A stretch of 64,000 nt of DNA from the human T2T-CHM13v2.0 reference genome, Homo sapiens. The translations under genes and the position numbers were made by a program. Under the pieces are notes generated by a model that saw only the letters and a program-made list of their open reading frames with translations, did not search any database and had not been told where the DNA came from. Below are positions 14,215 to 28,631 of the stretch, piece by piece; positions within the stretch are counted from its first letter, which is position 1; each line of letters opens with the position of its first letter. The stretch is taken from the NCBI RefSeq assembly GCF_009914755.1, contig NC_060925.1; one strand, 5' to 3'.

Positions 14215-17200
14215 ACGAAATTGAAATGGATGGACTCATCATCAAATGGATTCGAATGGAATCATCGAATAAAATTGATTGAAATCATCATCGAATGGAA
14301 TCGAATGGTATCATTGAATGGAATCGAATGGAATCATCATCAGATGGAAATGAATGGAATCGTCATAGAATGGAATCGAATGGATTCATTGAATGGAATC
14401 AGATGGAATCATCGAATGGACTGGAATGGAATCATTGAATGGACTCGAAAGGGATCATGATTGAATGGAATTGAATGGAATCATGGAATGGTCTCGATTG
14501 GAATCATTATCAAATGGAATCGAATGGAATCACCGAATAGAATCGAATGGAACAATCATCGAATGGACTCAAATGGAATTATCCTCAAATGGAATCGAAT
14601 GGAATTATCGAATGCAATCGAATGGAATTATCGAATGCAATCGAATAGAATCATCGAATGGACTCGAATGGAATCATCGAATGGAATGGAATGGAACAGT
14701 CAATGAACTCGAATGGAATCATCATTGAATGGAATCGAATGGAATCATCGAGTGGAATCGAATGGAATTATGATCAAATGGAATCGAATGTAATCATCAT
14801 CAAATGGAATCAAAAATAACCATCATCAATTGGTATTGAATGGAATTGTCATCAAATGGAATTCAAAGGAATCATCATCAAATGGAACCGAATGGAATCC
14901 TCATTGAATGGAAATGAAAGGGGTCATCATCTAATGGAATCGCATGGAATCATCATCAAATGGAATCGAATGGAATCATCATCAAATGGAATCTAATGGA
15001 ATCATTGAAAAGAATTGAATGGAATCATCATCGAATGAATTGAATGCAATCATCGAATGGTCTCGAATGGAATCATCTTCTAATGGAAAGGAATGGAATC
15101 ATCGCATAGAATCGAATGGAATTATCATCGAATGGAATCGAATGGTATCAACACCAAACGGAAAAAAACGGAATTATCGAATGGAATCGAAGAGAATCAA
15201 CGAACGGACCCGAATGGAATCATCTAATGGAACGGAATGGAATAATCCATGGACTCGAATGCAATCATCATCGAATGGAATCGAATGGAATCATCGAATG
15301 GACTCGAATGGAATAATCATTGAACGGAATCGAATGGAATCATCATCGGATGGAAACGAATGGAATCATCATCGAATGGAAATGAAAGGAGTCATCATCT
15401 AATGGAATTGCATGGAATCATCATAAAATGGAATCGAATGGAATCATCATCAAATGGAATCAAATGGAATCATTGAACGGAATTGAATGGAATCGTCATC
15501 GAATGAATTGAATGCAATCATCGAATGGTCTCGAATGGAATCATCTTCAAATGGAATGGAATGGAATCATCGCATAGAATCGAATGGAATTATCATCGAA
15601 TGGAATGGAATGGAATCAACATCAAACGGAAAAAAACGGAATTATCGAATGGAATCGAAGAGAATCATCGAATGGACCCGAATGGAATCATCTAATGGAA
15701 TGGAATGGAATAATCCATGGACTCGAATGCAATCATCATCGAATGGAATCGAATGGAATCATCGAATGGACTCGAATGGAATAATCATTGAACGGAATCG
15801 AATGGAATCATCATCGGATGGAAATGAATGGAATCATCATCGAATGGAATCGAATAGAATTATGGAATGAAATCCAGTGTGATCATCATCGAATGGACCC
15901 GAATGGAATCATCATCCAACGGAAGCTAATGGAATCAACATCGAATGAATCAAATGGAAACACCATCGAATTGAAACGAATGGAATTACCATGAAATTGA
16001 AATGGATGGACTCATCATCAAATGGATTCGAGTGGAATCATCGAATAAAATTGATTGAAATCATCATCGAATGGAATCGAATGGTATCATTGAATGGAAT
16101 CGAATGGAATCATCATCAGATGGAAATGAAAGGAATCGTCATAGAATGGAATCGAATGGATTCATTGAATGGAATCAGATGGAATCATTGAATGGACTGG
16201 AATGGAATCATTGAATGGACTCGAAAGGGATCATGATTGAATGGAATTGAATGGAAACATCGAATGGTCTCGATTGGAATCATTATCAAATGGAATCGAA
16301 TGGAATCACCGAATAGAATCGAATGGAACAATCATCGAATGGACTCAAATGGAATTATCCTCAAATGGAATCGAATGGAATTATCGAATGCAATCGAATA
16401 GAATCATCGAATGGACTCGAATGGAATCATCGAATGGAATGGAATGGAACAGTCAATGAACTCGAATGGAATCATCATTGAATGGAATCGAATGGAATCA
16501 TCGAGTGGAATCGAATGTAATCATCATCAAATGGAATCAAAAATAACCATCATCAAATGGAATCAAAAATAACCATCATCAATTGGTATTGAATGGAATT
16601 CTCATAAAATGGAATTCAAAGGAATCATCATCAAATGGAACCGAATGGAATCCTCATTGAATGGAAATGAAAGGGGTCATCATGTAATGGAATCGCATGG
16701 AATCATCATAAAATGGAATCGAATGGAATCAACATCAAATGGAATCAAATGGAATCATTGAACGGAATTGAATGGAATGGTCATCGAAAGAATTGAATGC
16801 AATCATCGAATGGTCTCGAATGGAATCATCTTCAAATGGAATGGAATGGAATCATCGCATAGAATCGAAAGGAATTATCATCGAATGGAATCGAATGGAA
16901 TCAACACCAAACGGAAAAAAACGGAATTATCGAATGGAATCGAAGAGAATCATCGAATGGACCCGAATGGAATCATCTAATGGAATGGAATGGAATAATC
17001 CATGGACACGAATGCAATCATCATCGAATGGAATCGAATGGAATCATCGAATGGACTCGAATGGAATAATCATTGAACGGAATCGAATGGAATCATCATC
17101 GGATGGAAACGAATGGAATCATCATCGAATGGAATCGAATAGAATTATGGAATGAAATCCAGTGTGATCATCATCGAATGGACCCGAATGGAATCATCAT

Positions 17201-20200
17201 CCAACGGAAGCTAATGGAATCAACATCGAATGAATCAAATGGAAACACCATCGAATTGAAACGAATGGAATTACCATGAAATTGAAATGGATGGACTCAT
17301 CATCAAATGGATTCGAATGGAATCATCGAATAAAATTGATTGAAATCATCATCGAATGGAATCGAATGGTATCATTGAATGGAATCGAATGGAATCATCA
17401 TCAGATGGAAATGAATGGAATCGTCATAGAATGGAATCGAATGGATTCATTGAATGGAATCAGATGGAATCATTGAATGGACTGGAATGGAATCATTGAA
17501 TGGACTCGAAAGGGATCATTATTGAATGGAATTGAATGGAATCATCGAATGGTCTCGATAGGAATCATTATCAAATGGAATCGAATGGAATCACCGAATA
17601 GAATCGAATGGAACAATCATCGAATGGACTCAAATGGAATTATCCTCTAATGGAATCGAATGGAATTATCGAATGCAATCGAATGGAATTATCGAATGCA
17701 ATCGAATAGAATCATCGAATGGACTCGAATGGAATCATCGAATGGAATGGAATGGAACAGTCAATGAACTCGAATGGAATCATCATTGAATGGAATCGAA
17801 TGGAATCATCGAGTGGAATCGAAAGGAATTATGACCAAATGGAATCGAATGTAATCATCATCAAATGGAATCAAAAATAACCATCATCAATTGGTATTGA
17901 ATGGAATTGTCATCAAATGGAATTCAAAGGAATCATCATCAAATGGAACCGAATGGAATCCTCATTGAATGGAAATGAAAGGGGTCATCATCTAATGGAA
18001 TCGCATGGAATCATCATCAAATGGAATCGAATGGAATCATCATCAAATGGAATCTAATGGAAACATTGAAAAGAATTGAATGGAATCGTCATCGAATGAA
18101 TTGAATGCAATCATCGAATGGTCTCGAATGGAATCATCTTCTAATGGAAAGGAATGGAATCATCGCATAGAATCGAATGGAATTATCATCGAATGGAATC
18201 GAATGGTATCAACACCAAACGGAAAAAAACGGAATTATCGAATGGAATCGAAGAGAATCTTCGAACGGACCCGAATGGAATCATCTAATGGAATGGAATG
18301 GAATAATCCATGGACTCGAATGCAATCATCATCGAATGGAATCGAATGGAATCATCGAATGGACTCGAATGGAATAATCATTGAACGGAATCGAATGGAA
18401 TCATCATCGGATGGAAACGAATGGAATCATCATCGAATGGAAGTGAAAGGAGTCATCATCTAATGGAATTGCATGGAATCATCATCAAATGGAATCGAAT
18501 GGAATCAACATCAAATGGAATCAAATGGAATCATTGAACGGAATTGAATGGAATCGTCATCGAATGAATTGAATGCAATCATCGAATGGTCTCGAATGGA
18601 ATCATCTTCAAATGGAATGGAATGGAATCATCGCATAGAATCGAATGGAATTATCATCGAATGGAATCGAATGGAATCAACATCAAACGGAAAAAAACGG
18701 AATTATCGAATGGAATTGAAGAGAATCATCGAATGGACCCGAATGGAATCATCTAATGGAATGGAATGGAATAATCCATGGACTCGAATGCAATCACCAT
18801 CGAATGGAATCGAATGGAATCATCGAATGGACTCGAATGGAATAATCATTGAACGGAATCGAATGGAATCGTCATCGGATGGAAATGAATGGAATCATCA
18901 TCGAATGGAATCGAATAAAATTATGGAATGAAATCCAGTGTGATCATCATCGAATGGACCCGAATGGAATCATCATCCAACGGAAGCTAATGGAATCAAC
19001 ATCGAATGAATCGAATGGAAACACCATCGAATTGAAACGAATGGAATTACCATGAAATTGAAATGGATGGACTCATCATCGAATGGATTCGAATGGAATC
19101 ATTGAATAAAATTGATTGAAATCATCATCGAATGGTATCGAATGGTATCATTGAATGGAATCGAATGGAATCATCCTCAGATGGAAATGAATGGAATCGT
19201 CATAGAATGGAATCGAATGGATTCATTCAATGGAATCAGATGGAATCATCGAATGGACTGGAATGGAATCATTGAATGGACTCGAAAGGGATCATTATTG
19301 AATGGAATTGAATGGAATCATCGAATGGTCCCGATTGGAATCATTATCAAATGGAATCGAATGGAATCACCGAATAGAATCGAATGGAACAATCATCGAA
19401 TGGACTCAAATGGAATTATCCTCAAATGGAATCGAATGGAATTATCGAATGCAATCGAATGGAATTATCGAATGCAATCGAATAGAATCATCGAATGGAC
19501 TCGAATGGAATCATCGAATGGAATGGAATGGAACAGTCAATGAACTCGAATGGAATCATCATTGAATGGAATCGAATGGAATCATCGAGTGGAATCGAAT
19601 GGAATTATGATCAAATGGAATCGAATGTAATCATCATCAAATGGAATCAAAAATAACCATCATCAATTGGTATTGAATGGAATTCTCATCAAATGGAATT
19701 CAAAGGAATCATCATCAAATGGAACTGAATGGAATCCTCATTGAATGGAAATGAAAGGGGTCATCATCTAATGGAATCGCATGGAATCATCATCAAATGG
19801 AATCGAATGGAATCATCATCAAATGGAATCTGATGGAATCATTGAACAGAATTGAATGGAATCGTCATCGAATGAATTGAATGCAATCATCGAATGGTCT
19901 CGAATGTAATCACATTCTAATGGAAAGGAATGGAATCATCGCATAGAATCGAATGGAATTAACATTGAATGGACTCGAATGGAATCTACATCAAACGGAA
20001 TCAAGCGGAATTATCGAATGGAATCGAAGAGAATCATCGAATGGTCTCGAATGGAATCATCTTCTAATGGAAAGGAATGGAATCATCTCATAGAATCGAA
20101 TGGAATTAACATTGAATGGACTCGAATGGAATCAACATCAAATGGAATCAAGCGGAATTATCAAATGAAATCGAAGAGAATCATCGAATGGACTCGAATG

Positions 20201-20974
20201 GAATCATCTAATGGAATGGAATGGAATAATCCACGGACTCGAATGCAATCATCATCGTATAGAATCGAATGGAATCATCGAAAGGACTCGAATGGAATAA
20301 CCATTGAACGGAATCGAATGGAATCATCATCGGATGGAAACGAATGGAATCATCATCGAATGGAAATGAAAGGAGTCATCATCTAATGGAATTGCATGGA
20401 ATCATCATAAAATGGAATCGAATGGAATCATCATCAAATGGAATCAAATGGAATCATTGAACGGAATTGAATGGAATCGTCATCGAATGAATTGAATGCA
20501 ATCATCGAATGGTCTCGAATGGAATCATCTTCAAATGGAATGGAATGGAATCATCGCATAGAGCCGAATGGAATTATCATCGAATGGAATCGAATGGTAT
20601 CAACATCAAACGGAAAAAAACGGAATTATCGAATGGAATCGAAGAGAATCTTCGAAAGGACCCGAATGGAATCATCTAATGGAATGGAATGGAATAATCT
20701 ATGGACTCGAATGCAATCATCATCGAATGGAATCGAATGGAATCATTGAATGGACTCGAATGGAATAATCATTGAACGGAATCGAATGGAATCATCATCG
20801 GATGGAAATGAATGGAATCATCATCGAATGGAATCGAATAGAATTATGGAATGAAATCCAGTGTGATCATCATCGAATGGACCCGAATGGAATCATCATC
20901 CAACGGAAGCTAATGGAATCAACATCGAATGAATCGAAAGGAAACACCATCGAATTGAAACGAATGGAATTATC

Positions 20975-23900
20975 ATGAAATTGAAATGGATGGACTCATC
21001 ATCGAATGGATTCGAATGGAATCATCGAATAAAATTGATTGAAATCATCATCAAATGGAATCGAATGGTATCATTGAATGGAATCGAATGGAATCATCAT
21101 CAGATGGAAATGAATGGAATCGTCATAGAATGGAATCGAATGGATTCATTGAATGGAATCAGATGGAATCATCGAATGGACTGGAATGGAATCATTGAAT
21201 GGACTCGAAAGGGATCATGATTGAATGGAATTGAATGGAATCATCGAATGGTCTCGATTGGAATCATTATCAAATGGAATCGAATGGAATCACCGAATAG
21301 AATCGAATGGAACAATCATCGAATGGACTCAAATGGAATTATCCTCCAATGGAATCGAATGGAATTATCAAATGCAATCGAATGGAATTATCGAATGCAA
21401 TCGAATAGAATCATCGAATGGACTCGAATGGAATCATCGAATGGAATGGAATGGAACAGTCAATGAACTCGAATGGAATCATCATTGAATGGAATCGAAT
21501 GGAATCATCGAGTGGAATCGAATGGAATTATGATCAAATGGAATCGAATGTAATCATCATCAAATGGAATCAAAAATAACCATCATCAATTGGTATTGAA
21601 TGGAATTGTCATCAAATGGAATTCAAAGGAATCATCATCAAATGGAACCGAATGGAATCCTCATTGAATGGAAATGAAAGGGGTCATCATCTAATGGAAT
21701 CGCATGGAATCATCATCAAATGGAATCGAATGGAATCATCATCAAATGGAATCTAATGGAATCATTGAAAAGAATTGAATGGAATCATCATCGAATGAAT
21801 TGAATGCAATCATCGAATGGTCTCGAATGGAATCATCTTCTAATGGAAAGGAATGGAATCATCGCATAGAATCGAATGGAATTATCATCGAATGGAATCG
21901 AATGGTATCAACACCAAACGGAAAAAAGCGGAATTATCGAATGGAATCGAAGAGAATCATCGAACGGACCCGAATGGAATCATCTAATGGAATGGAATGG
22001 AATAATCCATGGACTCGAATGCAATCATCATCGAATGGAATCGAATGGAATCATCGAATGGACTCGAATGGAATAATCATTGAACGGAATCGAATGGAAT
22101 CATCATCGGATGGAAACGAATGGAATCATCATCGAATGGAAATGAAAGGAGTCATCATCTAATGGAATTGCATGGAATCATCATAAAATGGAATCGAATG
22201 GAATCAACATCAAATGGAATCAAATGGAATCATTGAACGGAATTGAATGGAATCGTCATCGACTGAATTGAATGCAATCATCGAATGGTCTCGAATGGAA
22301 TCATCTTCAAATGGAATGGAATGGAATCATCGCATAGAATCGAATGGAATTATCATCGAATGGAATCGAATGGAATCAACATCAAACGGAAAAAAACGGA
22401 ATTATCGAATGGAATCGAAGAGAATCATCGAATGGACCCGAATGGAATCATCTAATGGAATGGAATGGAATAATCCATGGACTCGAATGCAATCATCATC
22501 GAATGGAATCGAATGGAATCATCGAATGGACTCGAATGGAATAATCATTGAACGGAATCGAATGGAATCATCATCGGATGGAAATGAAAGGAGTCATCAT
22601 CTAATGGAATTGCATGGAATCATCATAAAATGGAATCGAATGGAATCAACATCAAATTGAATCAAATGGAATCATTGAACGGAATTGAATGGAATCGTCA
22701 TCGAATGAATTGAATGCAATCATCGAATGGTCTCGAATGGAATCATCTTCAAATGGAATGGAATGGAATCATCGCATAGAATCGAATGGAATTATCATCG
22801 AATGGAATCGAATGGAATCAACATCAAACGGAAAAAAACGGAATTATCGAATGGAATCGAAGAGAATCATCGAATGGACCCGAATGGAATCATCTAATGG
22901 AATGGAATGGAATAATCCATGGACTCGAATGCAATCATCATCGAATGGAATCGAATGGAATCATCGAATGGACTCGAATGGAATAATCATTGAACGGAAT
23001 CGAATGGAATCGTCATCGGATGGAAATGAATGGAATCATCATCGAATGGAATCGAATAGAATTATGGAATGAAATCCAGTGTGATCATCATCGAATGGAC
23101 CCGAATGGAATCATCATCCAACGGAAGCTAATGGAATCAACATCGAATGAATCGAATGGAAACACCATCGAATTGAAACGAATGGAATTACCATGAAATT
23201 GAAATGGATGGACTCATCATCGAATGGATTCGAATGGAATCATCGAATAAAATTGATTGAAATCATCATCGAATGGTATCGAATGGTATCATTGAATGGA
23301 ATCGAATGGAATCATCCTCAGATGGAAATGAATGGAATTGTCATAGAATGGAATCGAATGGATTCATTGAATGGAATCAGATGGAATCATCGAATGGACT
23401 GGAATGGAATCATTGAATGGACTCGAAAGGGATCATTATTGAATGGAATTGAATGGAATCATCGAATGGTCTCGATTGGAATCATTATCAAATGGAATCG
23501 AATGGAATCACCGAATAGAATCGAATGGAACAATCATCGAATGGACTCAAATGGAATTATCCTCAAATGGAATGGAATGGAATTATCGAATGCAATCGAA
23601 TGGAATTATCGAATGCAATCGAATAGAATCATCGAATGGACTCGAATGGAATCATCGAATGGAATGGAATGGAACAGTCAATGAACTCGAATGGAATCAT
23701 CATTGAATGGAATCGAATGGAATCATCGAGTGGAATCGAATGGAATTATGATCAAATGGAATCGAATGTAATCATCATCAAATGGAATCAAAAATAACCA
23801 TCATCAATTGGTATTGAATGGAATTCTCATCAAATGGAACTCAAAGGAATCATCATCAAATGGAACTGAATGGAATCCTCATTGAATGGAAATGAAAGGG

Positions 23901-25436
23901 GTCATCATCTAATGGAATCGCATGGAATCATCATCAAATGGAATCGAATGGAATCACCATCAAATGGAATCTGATGGAATCATTGAACAGAATTGAATGG
24001 AATCGTCATCGAATGAATTGAATGCAATCATCTCATGGTCTCGAATGTAATCACATTCTAATGGAAAGGAATGGAATCATCGCATAGAATCGAATGGAAT
24101 TAACATTGAATGGACTCGAATGGAATCAACATCAAACGGAATCAAGCGGAATTATCGAATGGAATCGAAGAGAATCATCGAATGGACTCGAATGGAATCA
24201 TCTATTGGAATGGAATGGAATAATCCACGGACCCGAATGCAATCATCATAGTATAGAATCGAATGGAAACATCGAATGGACTCGAATGGAATAATCATTG
24301 AACGGAATCGAATGGAATCATCATTGGATGGAAACGAATGGAATCATCATCGAATGGAAATGAAAGGAGTCATCATCTAATGGAATTGCATTGAATCATC
24401 ATAAAATGGAATCGAATGGAATCAACATCAAATGGAATCAAATGGAATCATTGAACGGAATTGAATGGAATCGTCATCGAATGAATTGAATGCAATCATC
24501 GAATGGTCTCGAATGGAATCATCTTCAAATGGAATGGAATGGAATCATCGCATAGAATCGAATGGAATTATCATCGAATGGAATCGAATGGTATCAACAT
24601 CAAACGGAAAAAAACGGAATTATCGAATGGAATCGAAGAGAATCTTCGAACGTACCCGAATGGAATCATCTAATGGAGTGGAATGGAATAATCCATGGAC
24701 TCGAATGCAATCATCATCGAATGGAATCGAATGGAATCATCGAATGGATTCGAATGGAATAATCATTGAACGGAATCGAATGGAATCATCTTCGGATGGA
24801 AACGAATGGAATCATCATGGAATGGAAATGGGAGGAATCATCATCTAATGGAATTGCATGGAATCATCATAAAATGGAATCGAATGGAATCAACATCAAA
24901 TGGAATCAAATGTAATCCTTGAACGGAATTGAATGGAATCGTCATCGAATGAATTGAATGCAATCATCGAATGGTCTCGAATGGAATCATCTTCAAATGG
25001 AATGGAATGGAATCATCGCATAGATTCGAATGGAATTATCATCGAATGGAATCGACTGGAATCAACATCAAACGGAAAAAAACGGAATTATCGAATGGAA
25101 TCGAAGAGAATCATCGAATGGACCCGAATGGAATCATCTAATGGAATGGAATGGAATAATCCATGGACTCGAATGCAATCATCATCGAATGGAATCGAAT
25201 GGAATCATCGAATGGACTCGAATGGAATAATCATTGAACGGAATCGAATGGAATCATCATCGGATGGAAATGAATGGAATCATCATCGAATGGTATCGAA
25301 TAGAAATATGGAATGAAATCCAGTGTGATCATCATCGAATGGACCCGAATGGAATCATCATCCATCGGAAGCAAATGGAATCAACATCGAATGAATCGAA
25401 TGGAAACACCATCGAATTGAAACGAATGGAATTATC
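20975..25436 (+). repeat. Two consecutive expanded units, each with three subunits (2218 = 1776+442; 2244 = 1776+468)
   Basis: Subunit starts fall at 21779, 22247, 22689 and at about 23997, 24465, 24933. Landmarks are at 20975, 23193 and 25437. Confidence 0.88.
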
Positions 25437-28400
25437 ATGAAATTGAAATGGATGGACTCATCATCGAATGGATTCGAATGGAATCATCGAATAAAATTGA
25501 TTGAAATCATCATCAAATGGAATCGAATGGTATCATTGAATGGAATCGAATGGAATCATCATCAGATGGAAATGAATGGAATCGTCATAGAATGGAATCG
25601 AATGGATTCATTGAATGGAATCAGATGGAATCATCGAATGGACTGGAATGGAATCATTGAATGGACTCGAAAGGGATCATTATTGAATGGAATTGAATGG
25701 AATCATCGAATGGTCTCGATTGGAATTATTATCAAATGGAATCGAATGGAATCACCGAATAGAATCGAATGGAACAATCATCGAATGGACTCAAATGGAA
25801 TTATCCTCAAATGGAATCGAATGGAATTATCGAATGCAATCGAATGGAATTATCGAATGCAATCGAATAGAATCACCGAATGGACTCGAATGGAATCATC
25901 GAATGGAATGGAATGGAAAAGTCAATGAACACGAATGGAATCATCACTGAATGGAATCGAATGGAATCATCGAGTGGAATCGAATGGAATTATGATCAAA
26001 TGGAATCGAATGTAATCATCATCAAATGGAATCAAAAATAACCATCATCAATTGGTATTGAATGGAATTGTTATCAAATGGAATTCAAAGGAATCATCAT
26101 CAAATGGAACTGAATGGAATCCTCATTGAATGGAAATGAAAGGGGTCATCATCTAATGGAATAGCATGGAATAATCATCAAATGGAATCGAATGGAATCA
26201 TCATCAAATGGAATCTAATAGAAACATTGAACAGAATTGAATGGAATCGTCATCGAATGAATTGAATGCAATCATCGAATGGTCTCGAATGGAATCATCT
26301 TCTAATGGAAAGGAATGGAATCATCGCTTAGAATCGAATGGAATTAACATTGAATGGACTCGAATGAAATCAACATCAAATGGAATCAAGCGGAATTATG
26401 GAATGAAATCGAAGAGAATAATCGAATGGACTCGAATGGAATCATCTAATGGAATGGAATGGAATAATCCACGGACTCGAATGCAATCATCATAGTATAG
26501 GATCGAATGGAATCATCGAATGGACTCGAATGGAATAACCATTGAACGGAATCGAATGGAATCATCATCGGATGGAAACGAATGGAATCATCATCGAATG
26601 GAAATGAAAGGAGTCATCATCTAATGGAATTGCATGGAATCATCATAAAATGGAATCGAATGGAATCATCATCAAATGGAATCAAATGGAAGCATTGAAC
26701 GGAATTGAATGGAATCGTCATCGAATGAATTGAATGCAATCATCGAATGGTCTCGAATGGAATCATCTTCAAATGGAATGGAATGGAATCATCGCATACA
26801 ATCGAATGGAATTATCATCGAATGGAATCGAATGGTATCAACATCAAACGGAAAAAAACGGAATTACCGAATGGAATCGAAGAGAATCTTCGAACGGACC
26901 CGAATGGAATCATCTAATGGAATGGAATGGAATAATCCATGGACTCGAATGCAATCATCATCGAATGGAATCGAATGGAATCATCGAATGGACTCGAATG
27001 GAATAATCATTGAACGGAATCGAATGGAATCGTCATCGGATGGAAATGAATGGAATCATCATCGAATGGAATCGAATAGAATTATGGAATGAAATCCAGT
27101 GTGATCATCATCGAATGGACCCGAATGGAATCATCATCCAACGGAAGCTAATGGAATCAACATCGAATGAATCGAATGGAAACACCATCGAATTGAAACG
27201 AATGGAATTACCATGAAATTGAAATGGATGGACTCATCATCGAATGGATTCGAATGGAATCATCGAATAAAATTGATTGAAATCATCATCGAATGGTATC
27301 GAATGGTATCATTGAATGGAATCGAATGGAATCATCCTCAGATGGAAATGAATGGAATCGTCATAGAATGGAATCGAATGGATTCATTGAATGGAATCAG
27401 ATGGAATCATCGAATGGACTGGAATGGAATCATTGAATGGACTCGAAAGGGATCATGATTGAATGGAATTGAATGGAATCATCGAATGGTCTCGATTGGA
27501 ATCATTATCAAATGGAATCGAATGGAATCACCGAATAGAATCGAATGGAACAATCATCGAATGGACGCAAATGGAATTATCCTCAAATGGAATCGAATGG
27601 AATTATCGAATGCAATCGAATGGAATTATCGAATGCAATCGAATAGAATCATCGAATGGACTCGAATGGAATCATCGAATGGAATGGAATGGAACAGTCA
27701 ATGAACTCGAATGGAATCATCATTGAATGGAATCGAATGGAATCATCGAGTGGAATCGAATGGAATTATGATCAAATGGAATCGAATGTAATCATCATCA
27801 AATGGAATCAAAAATAACCATCATCAATTGGTATTGAATGGAATTCTCATCAAATGGAATTCAAAGGAATCATCATCAAATGGAACTGAATGGAATCCTC
27901 ATTGAATGGAAATGAAAGGGGTCATCATCTAATGGAATCGCATGGAATCATCATCAAATGGAATCGAATGGAATCATCATCAAATGGAATCTGATGGAAT
28001 CATTGAACAGAATTGAATGGAATCGTCATCGAATGAATTGAATGCAATCATCGAATGGTCTCGAATGTAATCACATTCTAATGGAAAGGAATGGAATCAT
28101 CGCATAGAATCGAATGGAATTAACATTGAATGGACTCGAATGGAATCAACATCAAAAGGAATCAAGCGGAATTATCGAATGGAATCGAAGAAAATCATCG
28201 AATGGTCTCGAATGGAATCATCTTCTAATGGAAAGGAATGGAATCATCGCATAGAATCGAATGGAATTAACATTGAATGGACTCGAATGGAATCAACATC
28301 AAATGGAATCAAGCGGAATTATCGAATGAAATCGAAGAGAATCATCGAATGGACTCGAATGGAATCATCTAATGGAATGGAATGGAATAATCCACGGACT

Positions 28401-28631
28401 CGAATGCAATCATCATCGTATAGAATCGAATGGAATCATCGAATGGACTCGAATGGAATAACCATTGAACGGAATCGAATGGAATCATCATCGGATGGAA
28501 ACGAATGGAATCATCATCGAGTGGAAATGAAAGGAGTCATCATCTAATGGAATTGCATGGAATCATCATAAAATGGAATCGAATGGAATCAACATCAAAT
28601 GGAATCAAATGGAATCATTGAACGGAATTGA

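Larger units (their letters stand above)
4270..14280 (+). repeat. Local higher-order repeat: two tandem near-identical copies of a ~5.0-kb block (1776+1923+1298/1308)
   Basis: Private variants recur at a 4997-bp offset: TGATATCAAC/GGAAAATAACGG (about 5140 and 10137), CAGGGTGATC (5871 and 10868), GGTCCCGATT, GAAACATCATAAA. ORF pairs 5177/10174, 5987/10984, 6953/11950 and 7406/12403 agree. Block ends are approximate. Confidence 0.9.
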
